Source: an uncultured Eubacterium sp. (lineage in GTDB: Bacteria; Bacillota; Clostridia; Lachnospirales; Lachnospiraceae). From it: a DNA stretch of 36,677 nt. The translations under genes and the position numbers were made by a program. Positions 8,990 to 17,549 of the stretch are shown here, in pieces (the stretch's first letter is position 1; every line of letters starts with the position of its first letter). The notes below the pieces were generated by a model. It made no database searches. It worked only from the letters and a program-made list of their open reading frames with translations, and was not told the DNA's origin. The DNA lies in NCBI GenBank assembly GCA_948472595.1, contig CAOKUK010000001.1, forward strand, positions 1 to 36,677, given 5' to 3'.

Positions 8990-11554
8990 CTATTTCCTCC
9001 CACAGCACTGCTTATACTTTTTGCCGCTGCCGCAGGGGCAGGGATCGTTCGGGTAAATCTTGGCGGATTCCCGCTTTTTCGGCCCTTTCTGCAGGGACTC
9101 ATCCCTGTTAGTCCCAGTGACCTTAGCCACCTGTTCCCTCTCTACCTTCTGCTCAATCTTCACATGGAACAGCAGGCGTACCGTATCCTCTTGGATATTG
9201 GCAATCATGTTGTCAAACATGTCATAGCCGCTCATCTTATACTCCACAAGCGGATCCCGCTGGCCATAAGCCTGCAGCCCAATGCCTTGGCGGAGCTGAT
9301 CCATGTCGTCAATGTGGTTCATCCACTTCCGGTCAATGGCCTTCAGAAGAACCACCCGCTCCAATTCCCGGACAGCTTCCGGCTCTGGGAATTCTGCTTC
9401 CTTCATCTCATATTTCTTGACAGCCTGCTCCTTCAGCTTATGCTTCAGCTCATTTGCATGGATGCCTTTTACATCCTCTGGCGTCACCTGCTCTAAGGGG
9501 ATAATCGGCAGCAGCAGTTGGTTCAGCTCATTCAAATCCCATTCTTCGCTGTCCTGGTCTGCAGAAATGCAAGTGTCCACCGTATTTTCCACCCGATCCG
9601 TAATCATCTTGTAAATCACGTCCCGCATGCTCTCGCCATCCAACACCCGGCGGCGCTCCGCATAGATAATCTCCCTCTGCTCATTCATCACCTGGTCATA
9701 TTCCAGCAGGTTCTTACGGATTCCAAAGTTGTTGCTCTCTATCTTCATCTGGGCCTTCTCAATGGCATTTGTCAGCATCTTATGCTGTATCTGCTCATTT
9801 TCCGGCACGCCTAATGTATTGAACATCCCCATCAGCTTCTCAGACCCAAACAGGCGCATCAAGTCATCCTCTAAAGAAATGAAAAACTGGGATTCACCCG
9901 GATCCCCCTGACGTCCGGAACGTCCTCGGAGCTGGTTATCAATACGCCTTGCCTCATGGCGCTCTGTGCCGATAATCTTAAGGCCTCCGGCCGCCTTGGC
10001 ATCCTCATCCAATTTAATATCCGTGCCGCGGCCTGCCATGTTCGTGGCAATGGTAACCGCCCCATGCTGCCCGGCCTCTGCCACGATTTCCGCCTCCAGC
10101 TCATGGAATTTGGCGTTCAATACCTTATGCTGGATGCCGTTGCGCTTTAACATTCCACTGAGCAATTCCGACGTCTCAATGGTAATCGTGCCCACCAGAA
10201 CAGGCTGCCCTTTCTCATTGGATTTTTTGATTTCCTCCACCACTGCCCGGAATTTTTCCTTCTTCGTCTTATAGACCGCATCCTGCAAGTCCTTGCGGAT
10301 AACAGGCTTATTGGTGGGAATCTCAATGACGTCCATGCCGTAAATATCCCGAAATTCCTTCTCCTCCGTCAATGCGGTACCGGTCATGCCGGCCTTCTTG
10401 GTGTATTTATTGAAGAAATTCTGAAAAGTAATCGTAGCCAGCGTCTTGCTCTCCCGCTTTACCTTTACATGCTCCTTGGCCTCAATTGCCTGGTGGAGGC
10501 CGTCAGAATAGCGCCGCCCCGGCATGATACGACCGGTAAATTCATCTACAATCAGCACCTTCTCATCCTGCACCACGTAATCCTGGTCGCGGAACATCAG
10601 GTTGTGAGCCCGCAGGGCAAGGATGATATTGTGCTGGATTTCCAGGTTGTCCGCATCTGCCAGATTCTCAATATGGAAAAATTTCTCCACTTTCTTCACG
10701 CCGTCTGCAGTAAGGTTCACCACCTTGTCCTTTTCATTGACGATAAAGTCGCCGGTCTCCTCCTGCACCACGCCCATAATGGCATCCATCTTGGAAAATT
10801 CCGGCATGTCCTCGCCGCGCACCATCTGCCTAGCCAAAATATCGCAGGCTTCGTACAAGCTGGTGGATTTGCCGCTCTGTCCAGAAATAATCAAAGGCGT
10901 CCTGGCCTCGTCAATCAGCACGGAGTCCACCTCGTCAATAATGGCATAGTGCAAATCCCTCTGCACCAATTGTTCCTTATAAATCACCATATTGTCGCGC
11001 AAATAGTCAAAGCCCAGCTCATTATTGGTCACATACGTAATGTCACAGCCATAGGCTTTTCGCCTCTCGTCATTATCCATGGAGTTCAGGACCACGCCGA
11101 CTGTCAGCCCCAGGAATTCATGGACTTTCCCCATCCACTCGGCATCGCGGTTTGCCAAGTAGTCATTGACCGTCACGATATGGACGCCCTTGCCTTCCAA
11201 CGCATTCAGGTAAGCAGGCAGGGTAGACACCAGCGTCTTTCCCTCGCCAGTCTTCATTTCCGCAATGCGCCCCTGATGCAAAATTACGCCGCCAATCAGC
11301 TGCACCCGGTAATGCTCCATGCCAAGTGACCTCCTGGCCGCCTCGCGCACAGCCGCATATGCCTCCGGAAGGATTTGGTCCAAGGTCTGCCCATCCTGCA
11401 GGCGTTTCTTAAATTCCTTTGTCTTCCCCTTCAAATCCTCATCAGACAATTCCATCATAGATGGGCGGTAAGACTCAATTTTGTCTACAATCGGCTTGAC
11501 CCTCTTTAACTCCCGTTCACTATGTGTGCCAAAAATCTTATCTACAATACCCAT
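8990..11554 (-). CDS. secA: Preprotein translocase ATPase SecA
   Basis: MKTGEGKT Walker [45 protein letters not shown]-terminal SEC-C motif ([14 protein letters not shown]); 854 aa. Confidence 0.98.
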   Translation of the reverse strand: MGIVDKIFGTHSERELKRVKPIVDKIESYRPSMMELSDEDLKGKTKEFKKRLQDGQTLDQILPEAYAAVREAARRSLGMEHYRVQLIGGVILHQGRIAEMKTGEGKTLVSTLPAYLNALEGKGVHIVTVNDYLANRDAEWMGKVHEFLGLTVGVVLNSMDNDERRKAYGCDITYVTNNELGFDYLRDNMVIYKEQLVQRDLHYAIIDEVDSVLIDEARTPLIISGQSGKSTSLYEACDILARQMVRGEDMPEFSKMDAIMGVVQEETGDFIVNEKDKVVNLTADGVKKVEKFFHIENLADADNLEIQHNIILALRAHNLMFRDQDYVVQDEKVLIVDEFTGRIMPGRRYSDGLHQAIEAKEHVKVKRESKTLATITFQNFFNKYTKKAGMTGTALTEEKEFRDIYGMDVIEIPTNKPVIRKDLQDAVYKTKKEKFRAVVEEIKKSNEKGQPVLVGTITIETSELLSGMLKRNGIQHKVLNAKFHELEAEIVAEAGQHGAVTIATNMAGRGTDIKLDEDAKAAGGLKIIGTERHEARRIDNQLRGRSGRQGDPGESQFFISLEDDLMRLFGSEKLMGMFNTLGVPENEQIQHKMLTNAIEKAQMKIESNNFGIRKNLLEYDQVMNEQREIIYAERRRVLDGESMRDVIYKMITDRVENTVDTCISADQDSEEWDLNELNQLLLPIIPLEQVTPEDVKGIHANELKHKLKEQAVKKYEMKEAEFPEPEAVRELERVVLLKAIDRKWMNHIDDMDQLRQGIGLQAYGQRDPLVEYKMSGYDMFDNMIANIQEDTVRLLFHVKIEQKVEREQVAKVTGTNRDESLQKGPKKRESAKIYPNDPCPCGSGKKYKQCCGRK

Positions 11555-11718
11555 TTTTTTGCTCCTATTTATTGATTATTTTTCACTATTTGCGGCTTTC
11601 GAACCACTAGCACTGATATTTGTCAAAACCACGCAGGATATTTGTTCATCTGCAAAGTGAATTTTCGATGGCATAGCGGCAGCTACAATTTCCATCATCT
11701 TTGCAGACAACTTCTTAC

Positions 11719-11747
11719 ATTGTATCACTTTCTGTTTTTCTAGACAA
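11719..11747 (-). promoter_or_regulatory. sigmaA-type promoter of secA
   Basis: - strand TTGTCT-17 nt-TACAAT with TGn extension; implies a leader of about 155-160 nt. Confidence 0.6.
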
Positions 11748-11758
11748 TACTTAATGTC

Positions 11759-11785
11759 ATGAACGAATTATGAATTTTTTATGAA
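11759..11785. promoter_or_regulatory. Three ATGAA direct repeats at 11-bp period (candidate response-regulator site)
   Basis: ATGAA at 11759, 11770 and 11781, between the divergent secA and TSCPD-cysK promoters. Confidence 0.4.
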
Positions 11786-11875
11786 ATCTGCCCTGGCATA
11801 TTCTCCCATGGCTTTCGATATGGTATACTGTTCTCCAAAGGCCACATTCCATAATCCAAGAAAGGACGGATTCTT

Positions 11876-12139
11876 ATGAGTTATTTATACCACACCAAAG
11901 GCACATGTTCAAAATTGATAGAAGTGGAGCTAGAGGGCAATGTCGTAAAATATGTCAAATTCACCGGCGGCTGCAACGGCAACCTCCAAGCCATCCCAAA
12001 ATTAGTGGAAGGCTTGACCATAGAGCAGGTAGAAGAGAAGATTGGCGGCATTTCCTGCAACGGAAGGCCCACCTCTTGCGGAGATCAGCTGGCCAAGGCA
12101 TGCCGGGCAGCTTATGAGGAAGCAAACCATGATTTATGA
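11876..12139 (+). CDS. TIGR03905-type small 4-Cys TSCPD-domain protein
   Basis: TKGTCS...FTGGCNGNL...GISCNGRPTSCGDQLAKA; AAAGGA RBS; 87 aa. Confidence 0.88.
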   Translation: MSYLYHTKGTCSKLIEVELEGNVVKYVKFTGGCNGNLQAIPKLVEGLTIEQVEEKIGGISCNGRPTSCGDQLAKACRAAYEEANHDL

Positions 12140-13061
12140 TAATATATTAGCAGCCATGGGCAACACCCCCTTAATTCGCTTAAACCGCATGGCAGACCCG
12201 GAGGCCGCCCAGGTACTGGTAAAATTTGAAGGGCTCAATGTAGGCGGCTCCATCAAGACTCGGACAGCCTACAACATGATCCTGGCCGCCGAGGAGCAGG
12301 GGCTTATCCGGGAGGATACCATCATTGTGGAGCCCACCAGCGGCAACCAGGGCATTGGCCTGGCATTGGTAGGGGCTGTCCGCGGCTACCAGACGAAAAT
12401 CATTATGCCGGATTCCGTCAGCGAAGAGCGGCGCAAGCTTGTCAATCAGTACGGCGCAGAAGTTATCCTTATCCATGACGCAGGGAATATCGGCGCCTGC
12501 ATTGAGGAATGCCTTCAGACTGCCCTTTCCATGGCAAAGGAAGACCCCAGGGTCTTTGTGCCCCAGCAGTTTGAGAACCCGGCTAACCCAGCGGTCCACC
12601 GTTCCCAGACCGGACTTGAAATCTTGGCTCAGGCAGACTGCCCCATCCATGGCTTCTGCTCCGGCATCGGCACCGGCGGCACGATTACAGGGGTTGGGGA
12701 GACCATCAAAGCCAAGAACCCAGACATAGAAATCTGGGCTGTAGAGCCAGAGCATGCCGCCATCCTTTCCGGCGGATCCATCGGCACGCACCTGCAGATG
12801 GGGATAGGGGACGGATTAATCCCAGCTATCCTCAACCAGCAAATATATGACGATGTCTGCATTATCACAGACGATGAAGCCCTGTCCACCTCTAAGAGGC
12901 TGGCCACAGAAGAAGGCATCCTGTGCGGGATTTCCAGCGGCACCAATGTGGCGGCCGCATTGAAGCTGGCAAAAAAACTTGGGAAAGGCAAAACCGTCGT
13001 CACCATACTCCCAGATACTGCAGAGCGGTATTTCTCTACGCCTCTCTTTGAAGAGCCATAA
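12129..13061 (+). CDS. cysK: PLP-dependent cysteine synthase (CysK/CysM) family protein with atypical active-site motifs
   Basis: GNTPL, PLP-Lys in GGSIKTR, EPTSGNQG, QQFENPAN, GIGTGGT, GISSG, PDTAERY. Start MIYDNIL overlaps the upstream gene by 11 nt. Confidence 0.8.
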   Translation: MIYDNILAAMGNTPLIRLNRMADPEAAQVLVKFEGLNVGGSIKTRTAYNMILAAEEQGLIREDTIIVEPTSGNQGIGLALVGAVRGYQTKIIMPDSVSEERRKLVNQYGAEVILIHDAGNIGACIEECLQTALSMAKEDPRVFVPQQFENPANPAVHRSQTGLEILAQADCPIHGFCSGIGTGGTITGVGETIKAKNPDIEIWAVEPEHAAILSGGSIGTHLQMGIGDGLIPAILNQQIYDDVCIITDDEALSTSKRLATEEGILCGISSGTNVAAALKLAKKLGKGKTVVTILPDTAERYFSTPLFEEP

Positions 13062-13085
13062 TGCCAGTTTTTTAAGCCGCACTTC

Positions 13086-13113
13086 TAAAGGATAGTAAGG
13101 AAGATACCGATAT
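13086..13113 (+). promoter_or_regulatory. sigma28 (SigD/FliA)-type promoter
   Basis: TAAA-16 nt-ACCGATAT versus consensus TAAA-N15/16-GCCGATAT. Confidence 0.65.
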
Positions 13114-13210
13114 ATGCCATATAAGGTATCATCTTCCACCTATCAGATATAAGGACCAAGTTTCACGCAAAAATAAAAGCTATCCGCTAATATTCAAAGG
13201 AGTGATGGAT

Positions 13211-13966
13211 ATGTCATATTTTGGATTTAATACTTCCAATTCAATCAACACATTATTTTCAAGCTTAGGCTCCAATTCCGGCGGCATGGGAAATATCCTC
13301 TCCGATTATGCCACCATTCGGAGCGGAGCTTACTACAAGCTGCTAAAGGCTTATTACAGCACGGATAACAATTCCAGCGCTTCCAAATCCGTACAGTCCC
13401 CCACATCCACTTCCATTGCGAAGGACTCTACGAAGAAGCTCAGCAGGATTGAGAACAGCGCCGAAGATTTAAAGGAAAGCGCCGATGCTTTGCTGGCAAG
13501 GGGCACCAAGAGCGCCTTCCAGAAAGTGGACATCAAGCAGGAAGACGGAACTGTGAAGAAAGGCTACGACACAGAAGCCATTTATAAAAAAGTCAATGAT
13601 TTCGTAAAGAGCTACAACAATTTGGTAGTGAACACAGAGGATACCAACACCAAGTCCATTGATCGGAACATGAGCCAATTAACCAGCTTGACAGACCGCC
13701 AAGAGAAGACTTTGGGCAAGATTGGCATCACCATCAATGAAGACGACAGCTTAAGCATTGACAAGGAAGCCTTCTTAAAGGCTGACATGGACACAGTCAA
13801 AGGCTTATTCAATGGGGCAGGCTCCTATGGATATTCCGTATCCGCAAAAGCTTCCATGATTGACTACTATGCCCAGAACGAAGCCAGCAAATCCAATACT
13901 TACGGCAAAAATGGGGCGTACAATTACAATTATTCCTATGGTAACTATTACAACAATTTCTTCTAA
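13211..13966 (+). CDS. Hypothetical protein resembling the flagellar cap FliD C-terminal region (short orphan form)
   Basis: VNDFVKSYNNLV...LGKIGITINEDDSLSID...VKGLF resembles FliD_C segments. Ser/Asn-rich N-terminus, no signal peptide, upstream sigma28-type promoter. AAGGAG RBS favours ATG 13211 (the track starts at GTG 13202). Confidence 0.65.
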   Translation: MSYFGFNTSNSINTLFSSLGSNSGGMGNILSDYATIRSGAYYKLLKAYYSTDNNSSASKSVQSPTSTSIAKDSTKKLSRIENSAEDLKESADALLARGTKSAFQKVDIKQEDGTVKKGYDTEAIYKKVNDFVKSYNNLVVNTEDTNTKSIDRNMSQLTSLTDRQEKTLGKIGITINEDDSLSIDKEAFLKADMDTVKGLFNGAGSYGYSVSAKASMIDYYAQNEASKSNTYGKNGAYNYNYSYGNYYNNFF

Positions 13967-13984
13967 GATTGCAAGGTACAAGTA

Positions 13985-14022
13985 AAGGCTGCGGCATTTT
14001 GATATTTGCCGCAGCCTTCTTT
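13985..14022. terminator. Bidirectional intrinsic terminator
   Basis: Perfect 12-bp stem AAGGCTGCGGCA (13985-13996) / TGCCGCAGCCTT (14007-14018) between convergent genes, followed by CTTT. Confidence 0.8.
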
Positions 14023-14052
14023 ATCTTATTGGGAAAGTATCCATTGTTTCCC

Positions 14053-15465
14053 TTATTTTTTCTCCGCATTTTCACTCTCCCCATGCCTCCCATGGTATTC
14101 ATGGCTCTCATCATAAAACCTGCAGCCGCAGCGCCCATGCTCTTTGACGTCATAAAGCGCCAAGTCTGCCTTCCGATATAAATCATCTGTGAACCCCTCG
14201 TTTGAAAATGCGCCTCCCACGCTCAAGGATACTCTGGGCATCCCCTTTGAAGGGTGCAGAAGCTTATCATTGATATGGGTGATTTTATCCTGGATTATAT
14301 CTTTCTGGTCTTCTGTCACATTAGTCAAAAGGACGGCAAATTCATCCCCGCCTATCCGGGCAGGGTAATCCGTGGCGCGGAAGCTGTCCTCCAACATCTT
14401 GGCCACCCTCTTAAGCACCTTGTCCCCCATCTCATGTCCATAGCCATCGTTCACCAGCTTGAATTTATCAACATCAATTATCAAAAGCCCCAAAGACTTG
14501 GATTTTGCATGGAAGATTTTCTTCAGCTGGTCAAAAGCGCCCCTGTTTATAATGCCGGTCAGCGGGTCATGCTCTGCCTGATAGCGCAGCATCGCTTCAT
14601 TGGTGGCATTCACTTCATAAATGTCATTATAAGTCAAGGCCAAGTATTTAAACTCATAGGAGCCGGTAATTTCCATCATCTTGTCTTCCCGAATGCACTT
14701 CACATAAACCTGCAGCGGCTTGACAATCAGCAGAATAATCATGATGAAAGTAATGATGCTCTCTATAAACAAAATGCTAACCAAAACCCTCTGCTGGGAC
14801 ATGGTCCTCTCCAGCTTGCGGGCGCTTTCCACCATCCCCTGGTTGGTGGCTTCCTGGATGCTGTCCATAAACCGATCCACATGGCCTGCAATCCCTTCCT
14901 TGGCATTCTGGTATTCGTTGCCAAAGACCATATCTTCCGCCTTTTCCATCATGGCGTCCTGGCCAAGAGCCATATCTTCTTCCGTCAGCTGAGCATTTCT
15001 CACTTCATCCGGCAAGCCATCCATATCCTCCCCTGCCGCAAAAGCCACCATCTTCATGGCATAAATCTCCCGCACCATCAATTCATTGGAATCTTTAAGG
15101 GCATTTAGGAGGGCCTCATAAATTTCATCGTTATGATAATAGGCTTCCAGTTCCTCTACTGCGCTTTCCCGCCTCTGGGTGACATGGACCTCCGTAAAAT
15201 AATTTTCCATATATTGCTTCTTTGCCGTCACTACATAAAGGCGCGCCTGCTCCGTCAGGTAAGCAGAGCCCGTAGTCAAGAGCGTGTCGCAATGCTCGCA
15301 AGCTACATAGGTATCCATCGCCTTCTGTACGTCATGGTATCTGTTCGTGGCCCGGATTGTCGCTGTAATCAGCAGGACATACAAAACGCAGGATACGAAA
15401 ATCATAGCAAAATTTGCATTCTTAATTCTTATGCCTTTGATAGGCCTTCTTATGTTCTTACCCAT
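14053..15465 (-). CDS. Membrane-anchored diguanylate cyclase (GGDEF domain)
   Basis: Two TM helices flanking an extracytoplasmic helical domain; HDPLTG, IIDVDKFKLVNDGYGH, RATD-5aa-GGDEF (intact I-site and A-site), ADLALY. Confidence 0.93.
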   Translation of the reverse strand: MGKNIRRPIKGIRIKNANFAMIFVSCVLYVLLITATIRATNRYHDVQKAMDTYVACEHCDTLLTTGSAYLTEQARLYVVTAKKQYMENYFTEVHVTQRRESAVEELEAYYHNDEIYEALLNALKDSNELMVREIYAMKMVAFAAGEDMDGLPDEVRNAQLTEEDMALGQDAMMEKAEDMVFGNEYQNAKEGIAGHVDRFMDSIQEATNQGMVESARKLERTMSQQRVLVSILFIESIITFIMIILLIVKPLQVYVKCIREDKMMEITGSYEFKYLALTYNDIYEVNATNEAMLRYQAEHDPLTGIINRGAFDQLKKIFHAKSKSLGLLIIDVDKFKLVNDGYGHEMGDKVLKRVAKMLEDSFRATDYPARIGGDEFAVLLTNVTEDQKDIIQDKITHINDKLLHPSKGMPRVSLSVGGAFSNEGFTDDLYRKADLALYDVKEHGRCGCRFYDESHEYHGRHGESENAEKK

Positions 15466-15624
15466 ATTCTCCCTTTATCCATACCTTAAAATTTTCAAAT
15501 ATTGAAAGATTCTGGCTCTATTATACGATAAATTTCAGATTCTGTACAGCGAATATTAAAAAAATTTGAATTGCATCCTGATTGCTCAATGCATAGACAG
15601 AAATTATATACTTTAACCTTTAAA

Positions 15625-15653
15625 GTCATATCTTCCAAAAAACATAATAATAT
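15625..15653 (+). promoter_or_regulatory. Weak candidate sigmaE promoter for the Csp-type protease
   Basis: GTCATATC-13 nt-AATAATAT in an AT-rich region, so a chance match is possible. csp genes are mother-cell expressed in C. difficile. Confidence 0.3.
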
Positions 15654-15706
15654 AAAAAAAGCAAACTCAATTTCCGAACCATCGCCCACAGGAAAAAGGA
15701 GGGACT

Positions 15707-17422
15707 ATGGCAGAAAACAGTGAAAAATTCGAAAACTTACTGAACCTGGCCTTGGACGCCACGCCCCAGGAACGGGAGAAATCCCTGCAGCTCGGCGTAG
15801 GCTATGAGCCGGCAGAAAACCGCTGGGAGCTGATTGTAAAATATTCCGGGAACATCATGCGCCTGGCAGAAGAAAACCCGCAAATCCAAGTGATAGAGCT
15901 GATGAACGAATACGCCATCCTCTATGTGCCGGAAAACGCCATGAGCCAAGTCTCAAATGCGCCGGAAGTAGAATACGTAGAAAAGCCCAAACGGCTGTAT
16001 TTCGCCGTACGGGAAGGCATTAAATCTTCCTGCATCACGCCCTTGCAAGGCGCACAATACAATTTAACAGGAAAGGGCGTGATTGTCGCCATCCTAGACT
16101 CCGGCATAGATTACAGCCATCCAGATTTTCGGAACCAAGATGGAAGCACCCGGATTTTAGCATTGTATGACGAGACCCTTGACCGGGAATTTACCGCAGA
16201 GGAAATAAACCGCGCTCTGGAAGCGCCCGACGAACAAGAGCGTTTTCGCATCGTCCCAAGCCGGGACACCTCTGGGCACGGCACCCATGTGGCCGGAATA
16301 GCGGCAGGAAATGGGAACGCATCCAATGGGGTAAACCGCGGCGTGGCGTACGAAAGCCCTTTGTTCATCGTAAAGCTTGGAACCCAAGAGCCCAATGGGT
16401 TTCCCAAGACTACGCAGCTCATGCGGGGCTTAGATTACGTAGTAAAAAAATCATTGGAATACCGCATGCCCATGTCTGTCAACATCAGCTTTGGGAATAC
16501 CTATGGCTCCCATAGCGGGACAGCCCTTTTAGAAAGCTTTATCAACGACATTTCCAATTACTGGAAAACCAGCATTTCCATTGGCACAGGGAATGAAGGC
16601 TCCGCAAGGGGGCACGCCTCCGGCGTCCTGACTTTCGGGCAACGCCAGGAAATCGAACTGGGCGTTGGCAATTACCAGGCAGCCCTAAGCCTTCAAATCT
16701 GGAAATCCTATGTGGATCAATATGACATTGTGATTGCAGGCCCTTCTGGCGTTTCAATCGGCCCCCTCCAGCAAATCCAAGGCCCCCAAAGGTTCCGAAT
16801 AGGAAAGACAGAGCTTTTAGTCTACTATGGGGAACCCAGCCCTTATAACCTATACCAGGAAATTTACATTGATTTCCTCCCTGCAGACTCTTATATAGAT
16901 GATGGCCTATGGAAAATCATATTAGTGCCGGAAAGGATTGTCCAGGGAAACTATGACTTGTGGCTGCCAGGGCAGGCCGTGATGAACCAAGGCACCGGCT
17001 TCTTAAACCCCATGGAAGAGACGACCCTTACCATACCCTCAACTGCGGAAAAAGCCATTTCCGTAGGGGCATACGATGCAAGGTACAACCAGCTTGCAGA
17101 ATTTTCCGGGCGGGGCTATACCCGCCAGACCAACCAAATAAAGCCAGACCTGGCAGCCCCAGGCGTCAATATCCGCTCTGCCGCTCCAGGCGGGGGGTAT
17201 GCCGTCCGCAGCGGCACATCCATGGCCACGCCCTTTGTGGCAGGCAGCGCAGCCCTTCTCATGCAATTTGGGATTGTAGAAGGAAACGACCCATACCTCT
17301 TTGGAGAAAAATTAAAGGCATACCTGCTGCGCGGAGCCAAGCACTTGCCCATTTTCAAGGAATACCCAAACCCTGCCCTGGGCTGGGGCGTGTTATGCCT
17401 GCGTGACAGCTTACCAGTGTAA
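15707..17422 (+). CDS. S8 subtilisin-like serine protease, Csp (spore germination CspA/B-like) type
   Basis: N-terminal prodomain; intact triad AILDSG / GHGTHVAG / SGTSMATP; GNEG; internal insertion (LQIWKSY...) typical of Csp; C-terminal YPNPALGWG. Confidence 0.88.
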   Translation: MAENSEKFENLLNLALDATPQEREKSLQLGVGYEPAENRWELIVKYSGNIMRLAEENPQIQVIELMNEYAILYVPENAMSQVSNAPEVEYVEKPKRLYFAVREGIKSSCITPLQGAQYNLTGKGVIVAILDSGIDYSHPDFRNQDGSTRILALYDETLDREFTAEEINRALEAPDEQERFRIVPSRDTSGHGTHVAGIAAGNGNASNGVNRGVAYESPLFIVKLGTQEPNGFPKTTQLMRGLDYVVKKSLEYRMPMSVNISFGNTYGSHSGTALLESFINDISNYWKTSISIGTGNEGSARGHASGVLTFGQRQEIELGVGNYQAALSLQIWKSYVDQYDIVIAGPSGVSIGPLQQIQGPQRFRIGKTELLVYYGEPSPYNLYQEIYIDFLPADSYIDDGLWKIILVPERIVQGNYDLWLPGQAVMNQGTGFLNPMEETTLTIPSTAEKAISVGAYDARYNQLAEFSGRGYTRQTNQIKPDLAAPGVNIRSAAPGGGYAVRSGTSMATPFVAGSAALLMQFGIVEGNDPYLFGEKLKAYLLRGAKHLPIFKEYPNPALGWGVLCLRDSLPV

Positions 17423-17436
17423 GAGTGAAATTACCC

Positions 17437-17465
17437 TTGTTTTTCTATATTTTTCCTGCTATGAT
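17437..17465 (+). promoter_or_regulatory. sigmaA-type promoter of the MCP gene
   Basis: TTGTTT-17 nt-TATGAT with TGn extension. Confidence 0.5.
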
Positions 17466-17549
17466 TAAGTTAATTGTAACTATTCCATTCCTTGACAGTT
17501 ACAAACATCAGTTTCACTTATCAACATATTATACAAGAAAGGAATCCTT

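Noticed and set aside
10469-11329. Long antisense ORFs (286 aa opposite secA; also 14254-15108, 18806-19543, 703-1359 and others)
   Set aside because: Shadow frames of well-conserved genes with no recognisable motifs; expected from codon bias.
11790-11875. T-box or SAM riboswitch upstream of TSCPD-cysK
   Set aside because: The leader is too short after the extended -10 at 11821-11829, and no T-box, S-box or terminator elements are visible.
13158-13176. parS-like GTTTCACG sequence
   Set aside because: Only half of the TGTTNCACGTGAAACA palindrome matches; I saw no convincing parS by eye in the window.
17423-17549. c-di-GMP riboswitch upstream of the MCP (also checked by eye before the GGDEF and FliD-like genes)
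   Set aside because: No GEMM-type two-stem motif recognised; an Rfam/Infernal scan would be decisive.
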